NCBI GenBank assembly: GCA_038231275.1
Contig: JBBRLQ010000001.1
Coordinates: forward strand, 672,001-736,000
Direction of reading: 5' to 3'
Origin: Polyangiales bacterium
GTDB taxonomy: Bacteria > Myxococcota_A > Polyangia > Polyangiales > Polyangiaceae
Length of the DNA stretch: 64,000 bases
In this document: piece after piece, positions 17,707-26,767 of the stretch
Numbering within the stretch: the first letter of the stretch is position 1
How the letters are laid out: every line of letters begins with the position of its first letter
Program-made: the position numbers and the translations under genes
The notes under the pieces: generated by a model
Told to the model about the DNA's origin: nothing
Seen by the model: only the letters and a program-made list of their open reading frames with translations
Database searches by the model: none

Positions 17707-19796
17707 CGACGCGTGACCCCGAGCTCGTTCGCCTCCTGACGCAGGAGCTCCTGCGCCACCTCCCGAGCGTCGAGGCCACCGAGCTCGACGGCGCGCGGCG
17801 CGCGGTGCACGCGCTCAAGGGATCGGCCGGTTTGGCCGGGGAGCGCGAGCTGGCGGCGGCGCTCCAGCGCCTCGAGCGCCGCATGCTCGGGGGCGACAAG
17901 ACCGCCATCCCCGACGCAACCGCGATCGTGAAGACGGCGATCGAGCGCCTCGAGAACGGACTCGCCGGCGTCTCGGCGGAGTGGCCCAGCCCGCCCGAAG
18001 ATCTGGCGCCGGTGTCGCTCGATCCACTCGTGCGCACGCAGTACGTCGCCGAGCTCGCCGATCGCCTCGCGCGCATCGACCAGGCGCTCGGGCTCAAGGG
18101 CGAAGCGCAGGATGCGGTACACGACATCTACCGCCACGTGCACACGATCAAGGGAGCGGCGAGCGCCGTCGGTGACGAGCCGATGAGCTGGTTCTGCCAC
18201 GGCCTCGAAGAGTGGCTCAAGGCGGGCACCGGCGGCGCCGAGGCGGCCAGCGCGGCGCTCGTCGAGGTCGCGAAATGGCGCAGCGTCCTCGGCGGGCTGC
18301 TCGACGAGCCGGAGACCACGCTGGGCACGCTCCGTGGAGGCCGTCCCCGCCCGCGCGCGAGCTCCATCCCTGCTGCGCCCGCCACGCGCTCGAACGCGCC
18401 CGGCGACGACGGCCTCCGCTCGGTGACCATCGAAGAGGCCACGATCCGCGTCGACGCGCAGTCGGTCGATCGCGTGCTCGATCGCGTCGCGCAGGTGGGC
18501 CTCGTGCAGGAGCAGATCGCGTCGAGCGGCGAGCGCGCGAAGCTGGAGGCGCGCGAGCTTCGACGGCTGCGCGCCGAGCTGTCGGAGGCGCTGCGACTCA
18601 TTGGTCCTCCGCGTCCGTGGGGAGCGCCGGCGGCCGCGCTCCGGAAGATCGAGCGCGCGGGCGCGGCGCTCTCGGCGATCGGCGAATCGGTGGAGGCCCA
18701 GGCCAACGAGATGCGCGCGCGTGGTCAGTCGCTCAAGGGGGCGATGCGCGAGGCACGCCAGCACCTCTCGGCGATGCGCCAATCGTCGCTCAAACGCATG
18801 TTCGCGCGCCTCGCGACGGCGGTGGAGTCGGAGGCGCGCCGATCGCAGCGCATCGTCGTCGTCCGCACGCACGGCGCCGACGAGACGATCGATCGCCGCC
18901 TGTCCGACGCGCTCGTCGAGGCGTGCATGACGCTCGCGCGCAACGCGGTGGCCCACGGCGTCGAGACACCTCAGGTGCGTGAGAGCCTGGGAAAACCCGC
19001 GGTCGGCACGATCACGCTCTCCGCGCGCAAGACCGCCAACCGCCTCCTCCTCACCATCGCCGACGACGGCGCCGGCGTCGACGTCGACGCGATAAGGCGG
19101 CGCGCGGTCGAGACCGGCGCGGTCACCGACGCCATCGCCGAGGCCGCCGACGACAACACGCTGCTCGCGCTCCTCTTCTTGCCCGGCTTCTCGACGCGCG
19201 AGAGCACCGATCTCCTCGCGGGCCGCGGCATCGGCCTCGAGATCGCGCAGAGCGCCGTGCAGCGCATGGGCGGCGTCATTCGCCTCTCGAGCCGCCACGG
19301 CCTGGGCTTCGAGGCGCGCGTCGAGGTGCCGATCGAGACCGGCATCACGCACGTCCTCTGGGTCACCGCCGCCGGCGCCACGCACGCGATCGCCGCCTCC
19401 AACGCGCGCCGCGTGCGACCCAACGACGGCGCCGACGCCGAGCGCGTGCCGCACCTCGCCGCGTGCCTCGAAGCGCGCCCCAACGAACGCGCCCGCTACG
19501 CGCTGGAGATCGTCCTCGAGGACGGCGAAGAGGGCGCACCCACCGAGATCACGATCGGCGTCGACGCGGTCGGCCTCACCGAGGAGGTCCTCGTTCGCCC
19601 GCTCACGCCGCTGGTGGCCGCGCTCGGCCCGTTCGCGGGCGCGATCGTCCGCGGCGATGGCTCGCTGAGCCTCGCCCTCGACGTGCACGCGCTCGCGCCG
19701 CGCGCACGCGCGCTGGGGCGCGTCCCCGAGGGGCGCACGAGCGATTTTCCGCTGAGCCGCCCGCCGCCCAGCCGCCCGTCGTCGGCGCCGTCGTGA
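17703..19796 (+). CDS. CheA-like histidine kinase with two Hpt domains
   Basis: GTG start overlaps the MCP stop (GTGA). Hpt motifs are VHALKGSA and VHTIKGAA. Catalytic boxes are RNAVAHGVE, IADDGAGVD, FLPGFST and GRGIGL. C-terminal CheW-like P5 region. Confidence 0.88.
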   Translation: MTTRDPELVRLLTQELLRHLPSVEATELDGARRAVHALKGSAGLAGERELAAALQRLERRMLGGDKTAIPDATAIVKTAIERLENGLAGVSAEWPSPPEDLAPVSLDPLVRTQYVAELADRLARIDQALGLKGEAQDAVHDIYRHVHTIKGAASAVGDEPMSWFCHGLEEWLKAGTGGAEAASAALVEVAKWRSVLGGLLDEPETTLGTLRGGRPRPRASSIPAAPATRSNAPGDDGLRSVTIEEATIRVDAQSVDRVLDRVAQVGLVQEQIASSGERAKLEARELRRLRAELSEALRLIGPPRPWGAPAAALRKIERAGAALSAIGESVEAQANEMRARGQSLKGAMREARQHLSAMRQSSLKRMFARLATAVESEARRSQRIVVVRTHGADETIDRRLSDALVEACMTLARNAVAHGVETPQVRESLGKPAVGTITLSARKTANRLLLTIADDGAGVDVDAIRRRAVETGAVTDAIAEAADDNTLLALLFLPGFSTRESTDLLAGRGIGLEIAQSAVQRMGGVIRLSSRHGLGFEARVEVPIETGITHVLWVTAAGATHAIAASNARRVRPNDGADAERVPHLAACLEARPNERARYALEIVLEDGEEGAPTEITIGVDAVGLTEEVLVRPLTPLVAALGPFAGAIVRGDGSLSLALDVHALAPRARALGRVPEGRTSDFPLSRPPPSRPSSAPS

Positions 19797-19801
19797 GGCC
19801 A

Positions 19802-20302
19802 ATGGTCCACGACGTGCCTGACGTGACGATCGCCGAAATGACGCTGGCGGACATCCCCGCCGTCGTCTCCCTCGCGAGCGGCGCCACACCCGCGCAGCTC
19901 GAGGAAGAAATCACCCGCCCCTGGTCGTTGCCGTTCGTGGCGCGCATCGCGGGGACTGGCACGGTCATCGGCTTCATCCTCACGTGGCACGTCACGGACG
20001 AGGTGCACATCCTCGACGTCGTGGTCGAGGAGTCGCTGCGCCGGAAAGGCCTCGGACGCGCCCTCATGAACCACGCGCTGAAGCGCGCCAAGGAGCGCTC
20101 GGCCGTCCACGTGTACCTCGAGGTGCGACGCGGAAATTCCCCGGCGATCCGGCTCTACCGTGCGCTGGGGTTTTTCACGCTCGGGGTGCGCAAGAAATAT
20201 TATCCCGACGGCGAGGACGCGATCGAGATGGCCGCACGTATGGATCCCGAGACGGGCGAAATCATGCCCGGCAAAGACGAGGTGAACGTCGAGCGGCTCT
20301 GA
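19802..20302 (+). CDS. rimI: Ribosomal-protein-alanine N-acetyltransferase
   Basis: DEVHILDVVV..LRRKGLGRAL, LEVRRGNSPAIRLYRALGF..GVRKKYY..GEDAIEM. Confidence 0.85.
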   Translation: MVHDVPDVTIAEMTLADIPAVVSLASGATPAQLEEEITRPWSLPFVARIAGTGTVIGFILTWHVTDEVHILDVVVEESLRRKGLGRALMNHALKRAKERSAVHVYLEVRRGNSPAIRLYRALGFFTLGVRKKYYPDGEDAIEMAARMDPETGEIMPGKDEVNVERL

Positions 20303-20392
20303 AGCACAATGACGAGGGCGCGAGCCGCTATTGCCGTCACCTGCCCGCCACCCAAGCGGGCCCGCGCGAGAGGGTTGTCCAAGGTGCGAAGG

Positions 20393-23224
20393 ATGCATAT
20401 TCGAAGGGTCACCGTCCTGGCCGCGCTCGCCGCGTCGCTCGCCGTCGGAGCGACGTCGCACGCGCAGCCCCAGCCGCGCGCGGCGTCTTCCTCTCAGGCG
20501 CCCGCGCCGACCGGACCGCTCGCGTCCGGTCTCGAGGCCGCGCGCACCTCGGACTACCCGCGCGCGGAGCGTGAGCTCGCCGCCATTCGGGGCGCCGATC
20601 AAGCGGCGGCGCAGGTCGCCCTCGCGCGCGTCTACTACGAGCAGGGAAAATTCGCCGAGGCCGAGCGCACCGGACGCGCGCAGGTGGGCGGGGCGCAGGC
20701 CGGCTTCGCGGCCGCCGTCGTCGCGCAGGTCCTCTTCGCGCAGGGCAAGGTTCAGGACGCGATCAAGCTCCTCGAGCCGCTCAAGGGCACGACGGGCCCC
20801 GCCGGCCGCCGCGTGAAGCTGCTCCTCGGCGAGTACCGCCTCGCGATCGGAAAGCGCTCCGACGCCGAGGAGCCGCTGATGAAGATCATCGAGGAGTACA
20901 ACGATCAGACGATCGCCTCGAACGACGCCGAGGGTCTCGCCACCGTCGGCCGCACCGCGCACCTGCTCCGCAGCGCGAAGGACGCCAACACGGCCTTCAA
21001 CGAGAGCGAACGCGCCGACAAGAAGCGCTTCGAGACACTCATGTGGCGCGGCGAGCTCTTCCTCGAGAAGTACGATCCCGGCCACGCGGAGGAGGTCGTC
21101 AAAGAGGCGCTCGTGATCGCCCCCAAGAGCGCGGCCGCGATGATCCTGATGGCGCGCGTGAAGCTCGACCAAGCGCTCGACTTCGACGCCGCCGAAAAGC
21201 TCGTGAACGACGCGCTCGCGATCAACCCGAAGCTGACGAGCGCCTTCGCCGTGCGCGCCGGCCTCGCGCTCCGCGACATGGATCTCGCCATTGCGGACAA
21301 GGCGATCGCCGCCGGCCTCGCGATCAACCCGAACGATCTGGAGCTCCTCAGCCTCAAGGCCACCTCGCGTTTCCTCGCCGACGATCGCGCGGGCTACGAG
21401 CAAGGCAAGAAGGAGGTCCTGTCGCGCAACGCCGAGTACGCGCGCTTCTTCCAGATCGCCGCGGAGTATGCCGAGTGGGAGCACCGCTACGACGACATCG
21501 TCGCGATGATGAAGGAGGCGACGAAGATCGACGCCGACGACGGCCGCGCGTGGGGCGAGCTGGGCCTCACCCAGATGCGCGCCGGCGACGAGACGGCCGG
21601 CTTCGAGTCGATCAAGAAAGCGTTCGGAAAGGACGGCTTCAACGTCCGCGTCTTCAACACGCTGAACCTCTACGAGAAGACGATCCCGAACGACTACGAG
21701 ACCGCGACCGAGGGGCCCTTCAAAATCCGCTACGCGAAGGACGAGAAGAAGGTCCTCGAGCGCTACGTGCCCAAGCTCCTCGCGGAGGCCTTCGGGTCGA
21801 TGAAGGGGCGCTACAATTTCGTGCCGCAGACGCCGGTGCAAGTGGAGCTCTACGAAACGCGCGAGCAGTTCAGCGTGCGGACGAGCGGCCTGCCCAACAT
21901 CGGCATTCAGGGCGTGTGCTTCGGGCGCGTGCTCGCGGCGATGAGCCCCAAGAGCGAGAGCTTCAACTGGGGCAACGTCGTGTGGCACGAGCTCGGGCAC
22001 GTCTTCGCGATCCAGCTGTCGAAGAACCACGTGCCGCGCTGGTTCACCGAAGGCCTCAGCGAGTACGAGACGATCGCGCGCCGTCCCGAGTGGCAGCGCG
22101 AGCTCGATCCGGAACTCTACACCGCGCTCATCAAGAACGCGCTCCCCAGCGCGGTCGACATGAACCGCGCGTTCACGCACGCCTCCGACGGCCTCGACGT
22201 CACGGTCGCGTACTACGCCGCGAGCCAGATGCTCGTCTTCACCGTCGAGACCTTCGGCACCGCGAAGGTGACCCAGGCGCTCAAGCTATGGGGCGAAGGT
22301 CTACGTACGCCCGACGTGCTCCAAAAAGCGTTCGGCGTCCCCGCGAGCGAGTACGACGCGAAGTTCCGCGCGTGGGCGTTGAAGCGCCTGTCGCGGTACC
22401 AGGGCCAGTTCGTCTGGAAGGAGCGGAGCAAATCGCTCGAAGAGGCGCAGAAAGCGCTGCTCGCCGCGCCGAACGATCCGAACGCGCACCTCGGCGTCGC
22501 GCTCGCCTACCTGCACGCGCGCAAGATCGCCGACGCGACGAAGGAGATCGACGCGGCGCTCAAGATCGATCCGAACCACATGCCGTCGCACTACATCGCC
22601 GCGAAGATCGGCGAGGCGCAGAAGGACGTCCCGGCGCAGGAGCTTCACCTCAAGGCCATCCAGAAGGCGGGCGGCGACGGCTACCAGGTGCAAATGGCGC
22701 TCGCTGACGTCGCCGAGGCGAAGAAGGACAAGCCCGGCATGAAAGCGGCGCTGACCGCGGCCGCGAAATTCGATCCGGTCCAGTCCGAGCCTCTGAAGGG
22801 GCTCTTCGATCTCGCAAAAGAAGAGAACCGCGACGCGGATCAAATCGACATCCTGAAGAAGCTGGCGCCGCTCGAGCAGCACGATCGCAAGATCTGGCGC
22901 CTCCTTCTCGGGAAGCTGGTCGCCGCCAAGCGCTGGGACGAAGCAAAAAAGGTCGGCGAGAGCACGCTCTTCGTCGACGTCGAGACCGCGAGTGTGCACG
23001 CCGAGTACGCGCGCGCGCTCGGCGCGACCGGCGCGCACGACGCGGCGATGTTCGAGCTCGAGAGCGCGATCCTGTGTGGCCCGCCTCCGAAGGAAGCCGC
23101 GGCGATTCACGCGCAGTGGGCGGCGGAAGCCGTGGCGGTGAAGAACGGGGCGCTCGCGAAGAAGCACAAGGACGAGGCGCTTCGGTTGGATCCGACGAAC
23201 GCCGAGGCGAAGGCGATTCCGTAG
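20393..23224 (+). CDS. Secreted TPR-repeat protein with central zinc metallopeptidase (MA-like) domain
   Basis: Signal peptide MHIRRVTVLAALAASLAVGATSHA and many TPR-like helical repeats. Gluzincin-type motif VVWHELGHVF...PRWFTEGLSEY. Confidence 0.85.
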   Translation: MHIRRVTVLAALAASLAVGATSHAQPQPRAASSSQAPAPTGPLASGLEAARTSDYPRAERELAAIRGADQAAAQVALARVYYEQGKFAEAERTGRAQVGGAQAGFAAAVVAQVLFAQGKVQDAIKLLEPLKGTTGPAGRRVKLLLGEYRLAIGKRSDAEEPLMKIIEEYNDQTIASNDAEGLATVGRTAHLLRSAKDANTAFNESERADKKRFETLMWRGELFLEKYDPGHAEEVVKEALVIAPKSAAAMILMARVKLDQALDFDAAEKLVNDALAINPKLTSAFAVRAGLALRDMDLAIADKAIAAGLAINPNDLELLSLKATSRFLADDRAGYEQGKKEVLSRNAEYARFFQIAAEYAEWEHRYDDIVAMMKEATKIDADDGRAWGELGLTQMRAGDETAGFESIKKAFGKDGFNVRVFNTLNLYEKTIPNDYETATEGPFKIRYAKDEKKVLERYVPKLLAEAFGSMKGRYNFVPQTPVQVELYETREQFSVRTSGLPNIGIQGVCFGRVLAAMSPKSESFNWGNVVWHELGHVFAIQLSKNHVPRWFTEGLSEYETIARRPEWQRELDPELYTALIKNALPSAVDMNRAFTHASDGLDVTVAYYAASQMLVFTVETFGTAKVTQALKLWGEGLRTPDVLQKAFGVPASEYDAKFRAWALKRLSRYQGQFVWKERSKSLEEAQKALLAAPNDPNAHLGVALAYLHARKIADATKEIDAALKIDPNHMPSHYIAAKIGEAQKDVPAQELHLKAIQKAGGDGYQVQMALADVAEAKKDKPGMKAALTAAAKFDPVQSEPLKGLFDLAKEENRDADQIDILKKLAPLEQHDRKIWRLLLGKLVAAKRWDEAKKVGESTLFVDVETASVHAEYARALGATGAHDAAMFELESAILCGPPPKEAAAIHAQWAAEAVAVKNGALAKKHKDEALRLDPTNAEAKAIP

Positions 23225-23274
23225 ACTCGGCCGCGTCGGCGCGAGAGGGCACGGTCGCGCACGCGCACGCGCAC

Positions 23275-23417
23275 GCCGCTCGGCCCGAGGCCGCCCCTCC
23301 TTTGCCCCTGGCGGGGTGAGTCCTCGCGCCGGCGACGCCATGGGTGCGGGTGAAGACGAGGCGCCGGCGCGTGGTGTCCTTACGGGGCAAAGGAGGGGCG
23401 GCCTCGGGCCGAGCGGC
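23275..23417. repeat. 143-bp intergenic element with perfect 34-bp terminal inverted repeats (MITE/REP-like or bidirectional hairpin)
   Basis: GCCGCTCGGCCCGAGGCCGCCCCTCCTTTGCCCC (23275-23308) is the exact reverse complement of 23384-23417. There is an internal 10-bp IR (CGCGCCGGCG / CGCCGGCGCG). Confidence 0.85.
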
Positions 23418-23422
23418 TTTGG

Positions 23423-23770
23423 TTAGGGGGGGGTGGGCCGATGGCGCCGTGCGATGAAGAGGAGCCAGAGTGCGGCGGCGATGGAGAGGATGACGGCGAG
23501 CGCGCTGCAGTTCATGGCTTCCGAGATGCCTTCGGCAAGCGCGCGTGCTCGGTCGACCGGGGTGTTGGCACCGGCCAGGGCCGTGATTAGGGGTCGCTCT
23601 GCAGCGACGGCGCCAAGCAAGGTGATTACGACACCCAACGCGAGCGCCGCGTAGGCGATCGCGATCGCCACGCGCGGCGCGCTTCGCCCTCGGAGAGAAC
23701 GTGCCCAGAGGGCGAGGGGAACGATCGCCGCCAATGGAACCATCGCGATCGCCAAAACCATCAGGCCCAT
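23423..23770 (-). CDS. Small membrane protein with a MotA/TolQ/ExbB-like segment
   Basis: Three hydrophobic helices. RALAEGISEAMNCSALAV resembles the ExbB/TolQ LAxGISEA(L/M) motif. Confidence 0.55.
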   Translation of the reverse strand: MGLMVLAIAMVPLAAIVPLALWARSLRGRSAPRVAIAIAYAALALGVVITLLGAVAAERPLITALAGANTPVDRARALAEGISEAMNCSALAVILSIAAALWLLFIARRHRPTPP

Positions 23771-23860
23771 AACGGCTTCATCCTTCCACGCTCCGCGCCT
23801 CGCGCCAAAAGCCGCCCGGCTCGCGGCCCTGCCCTAGGGCGTTTTGTGGTATCCTTCAGC

Positions 23861-24964
23861 ATGCCGCTCCGGATCGTCCCGCTCGATATCATCGAAAAAC
23901 TCCCCAAGACGGACCTGCACGTTCACCTGGACGGCAGCCTACGGCTCTCGACGATCCTGGACCTCGCGCAGCGCCAACGCGTCGAGCTGCCCGCCGATTC
24001 CGAGGACGGCCTCCGCAAGGCGATGAACCTCGGGCAGAACTGCGGCTCGCTCGTCGAGTACCTCAAGGCGTTCGACGTCACGCTGCGCGTGCTGCAGACC
24101 GAAGATTCGCTCACGCGGGCCGCCTACGAGCTCGCCGAGGACGCCGCGAAAGAGAACGTCCGCTACATGGAGGTCCGCTACTCGCCGATGCTCCATACGC
24201 GTCGCGGGCTCAAGCTCACCAGCGTCGTCGAAGCGGTCCTCGCCGGCCTCCGCGCCGCGCAGCAGTCGTTCGGGATCGAATCGAACGTGATCATCTGCGG
24301 AATCCGCAACGTGTCGGCCGAGAGCTCGCTCGAGATGGCGGAGCTCGCCGTCGCGTACAAGAACCGCGGCGTCGTCGGCTACGACCTCGCAGGCGCCGAG
24401 TACGATCACCCCGCGAAGCACCACAAGCACGCGTTCCAGCTCGTTCGCGACAACAACATCAACGTCACCATCCACGCCGGCGAAGCGTACGGCCCCGAGT
24501 CGATCGCGCAGGCGGTCCACACGTGCGGCGCGCATCGCATCGGCCACGGCTGCCGCCTCCGCGAGGACGGCGATCTCCTCCACTACATCAACGACCACCG
24601 CATCCCGCTCGAGTGCTGCCCGTCGTCGAACGTGCAGACCGGCGCGATCCGCGATCTGGCCAGCCACCCGCTCAAGCTCTATTTCAACCTCGGCCTGCGC
24701 ACGACGGTGAACACCGACAACCGCCTCGTCACCGACACCACGGTCTCGAAGGAGCTGTACCTCTGCCAGACGCAGATGGGCCTGTCCTTCCAGGATTTGA
24801 AGCAGATCGTGCTGAGCGGCTTCAAGAGCGCGTTTTTGCCGTTCCACGTGAAGCAGCAGTACCTGCGCAAGGTGAGCGACGAGCTGCGCACGTTCGACGA
24901 CCAGCACCTGTCGCAGCCGCCGATGTCGATGCCGACGTCGACGAAGGAAGCGGCGCGCGCCTAG
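23861..24964 (+). CDS. add: Adenosine deaminase
   Basis: LPKTDLHVHLDGS, YMEVRYSP, DLAGAE, TIHAGE, HRIGHG, ECCPSSN and NTDN. Confidence 0.93.
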   Translation: MPLRIVPLDIIEKLPKTDLHVHLDGSLRLSTILDLAQRQRVELPADSEDGLRKAMNLGQNCGSLVEYLKAFDVTLRVLQTEDSLTRAAYELAEDAAKENVRYMEVRYSPMLHTRRGLKLTSVVEAVLAGLRAAQQSFGIESNVIICGIRNVSAESSLEMAELAVAYKNRGVVGYDLAGAEYDHPAKHHKHAFQLVRDNNINVTIHAGEAYGPESIAQAVHTCGAHRIGHGCRLREDGDLLHYINDHRIPLECCPSSNVQTGAIRDLASHPLKLYFNLGLRTTVNTDNRLVTDTTVSKELYLCQTQMGLSFQDLKQIVLSGFKSAFLPFHVKQQYLRKVSDELRTFDDQHLSQPPMSMPTSTKEAARA

Positions 24965-24986
24965 ACCGTCAGGGCGACGCGCGTCG

Positions 24987-25664
24987 TTACTTGCAGACCG
25001 AGAAGCCGACCAGCGAGCCGGACGGCTGGCAGGTCGTTCCGATCGTGCACGTGTCGGGCTTTACGTTTCGATCGCAGAGCTCGACGTAGAGGTCGCCGTT
25101 CGGCGCGCTGCCGGCGCACGACGCTTGGCACGCGACGCTCGCGTAGCCGGTCGTGGAGTTGTACTGGCCGCAGCACTTCTGCGCGCCGCAGTCGGCGGAG
25201 TCGTCGCACGCGATGGGGACGCCGTCGCACGGTGCGGTGGAGACCTTGCACGCGTAGACCGGAGGCACCGTGCCGTTTACGCCGGTCGCGCAGCAAATTT
25301 GCGCGCCGACGCTGCAGTACGAGCTCGGCGTGGTGCTGCCGCAATAAATGCCCGGATCGGTGGGCGCGGCGTCCTTCTTGCCGGCGTCGGTCCCGCCGGT
25401 CGACGAGGACGAGGACGACGAGGACGACGAGGACGACGAGGAGCTCGACGTGGACCCGCCGCTCGACGACGAGCCGCCGTTCGACGATCCGCCGCTCGTT
25501 CCGCCGTTCGAGGAGCCGCTGCTCGACGAGGACCCGCCGCTCGTCCCCGAGCTCGATCCCGGATCGAAGGACGATCCGCCGAACAAGTCGTCGGAGCCCT
25601 TGGCGCCGCTGCACGCGGCGATGGCGAAAGAGACGGCTGTGAAGACGATCAGGGTACGGCGCAT
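24987..25664 (-). CDS. Lipoprotein with Ser/Gly-rich linker and Cys-rich domain
   Basis: MRRTLIVFTAVSFAIAAC lipobox, a poly-Ser tract, and ICC...IACDDSADCGAQKCC. Confidence 0.8.
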   Translation of the reverse strand: MRRTLIVFTAVSFAIAACSGAKGSDDLFGGSSFDPGSSSGTSGGSSSSSGSSNGGTSGGSSNGGSSSSGGSTSSSSSSSSSSSSSSSSTGGTDAGKKDAAPTDPGIYCGSTTPSSYCSVGAQICCATGVNGTVPPVYACKVSTAPCDGVPIACDDSADCGAQKCCGQYNSTTGYASVACQASCAGSAPNGDLYVELCDRNVKPDTCTIGTTCQPSGSLVGFSVCK

Positions 25665-25800
25665 GGGGGTTCTCAGGGCGATCGCGGGGGGCGATCCTTT
25701 AGGGGTGGACGATCTACTCCCCAAGACGCCGACGCGCAAACCCCGGTCGTGCGAACTTGGGGCAGCGTCCGTTCTGGCGTGCTAAGAGCGCGTCCCCCCG

Positions 25801-26733
25801 ATGGGAATCGTCGTCCCCCCCAACGTCGATCTGGCCATGGACGCCCTGGAGCTCGCCGCCCAGACCGCCGAGCGCGGCCAGGCGCCCAGCAGCTACCTGC
25901 GCGCCGGGGTCGACGATTTCAGGGCCGCGGCGACCAAGGACGGTGCCGCCGTGCGCGCGCGCCTCGACCGCGTCGTGATGGGGACCGATCCAGAGCTCGG
26001 CCTCGACGCGCTGCTCGCTGCTGGGGCGCTCGACGCGATCTTCCCCGAGGTCCACGCCATGGTCGGATTCGGCGACGGCGAGTGGCGCCACAAGGACGTG
26101 TGGAAGCACACCAAGCAGGTCGTGCGTCAGGCGGTGCCGCGCCTCGAGGTGCGGTGGGCCGCGCTCTTCCACGACATCGGCAAGACGAAGACGCGCAGCA
26201 TCTCGCCCGACGGCAAGGTCCACTTCCTCGGCCACGCCGAGGTCGGCACGCGCATGTTCGACAAGCTCGAGCGCCGCATGCCGCTCTTCTCGCCGGAGCC
26301 CGCGCTGCGCGACACGGTGCGCTTCCTCGTCCTGCATCACCTGCGCGCCAACCAGTACGAGCAGTCATGGACGGACAGCGCGGTGCGTCGCTTCGCGCGC
26401 GAGCTCGGCGACCACCTGGAGGATCTGCTGTGCCTCGCGCGCGCGGACATCACCACCAAGCGACCCGAGAAGAAGCGGCGCGGCCTCTCGCAAATCGAGG
26501 AGCTCGCCGCGCGCGTGCAGACGCTCAAAGAAGAGGACGCGAAGGTGCCGCCGCTCCCGGGCGGCGTCGGCGACGCGATCATGAAGGCGTTCGACCTCCG
26601 GCCCTCGCGCCAGGTCGGTGAGATCAAGCGCGCGCTCGAGGCGGCGATCGAGACGGGCGAGATCGCCGGGCATCAGGAGAGCGAGGCGTACGTCGAGTTC
26701 GTCGGCCAGAACCGCGCGCGCTTCGGCATCTGA
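25801..26733 (+). CDS. HD-domain protein resembling the C-terminal half of CCA/tRNA nucleotidyltransferases
   Basis: LDAIFPEVHAMVG, HKDVWKHTKQVV, WAALFHDIGK..TR, HFLGHAEVG, HHLR, WTDSAVRRF, ADITTK and GDAIMKAFDLRPSRQVGEI. No N-terminal nucleotidyltransferase domain. Confidence 0.85.
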   Translation: MGIVVPPNVDLAMDALELAAQTAERGQAPSSYLRAGVDDFRAAATKDGAAVRARLDRVVMGTDPELGLDALLAAGALDAIFPEVHAMVGFGDGEWRHKDVWKHTKQVVRQAVPRLEVRWAALFHDIGKTKTRSISPDGKVHFLGHAEVGTRMFDKLERRMPLFSPEPALRDTVRFLVLHHLRANQYEQSWTDSAVRRFARELGDHLEDLLCLARADITTKRPEKKRRGLSQIEELAARVQTLKEEDAKVPPLPGGVGDAIMKAFDLRPSRQVGEIKRALEAAIETGEIAGHQESEAYVEFVGQNRARFGI

Positions 26734-26767
26734 TCGCCGCTCATCGCGAGAGCGAGGGCGTGCTCGG

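Noticed and set aside
17301-22180. Very long minus-strand ORFs (17301-19889 and 19496-22180) and many similar ones across the window, e.g. 7648-9396, 26618-28771, 35419-37596 and 45337-47511
   Set aside because: They are antisense or off-frame shadows of motif-bearing genes. Long stop-free frames are expected at this GC content, and the translations are Arg/Ala-rich with no motifs.
9988-24964. Two nucleoside deaminases as a possible nucleotide-depleting anti-phage system
   Set aside because: They are about 12 kb apart, look like ordinary purine-salvage enzymes and have no defence-type partner genes.
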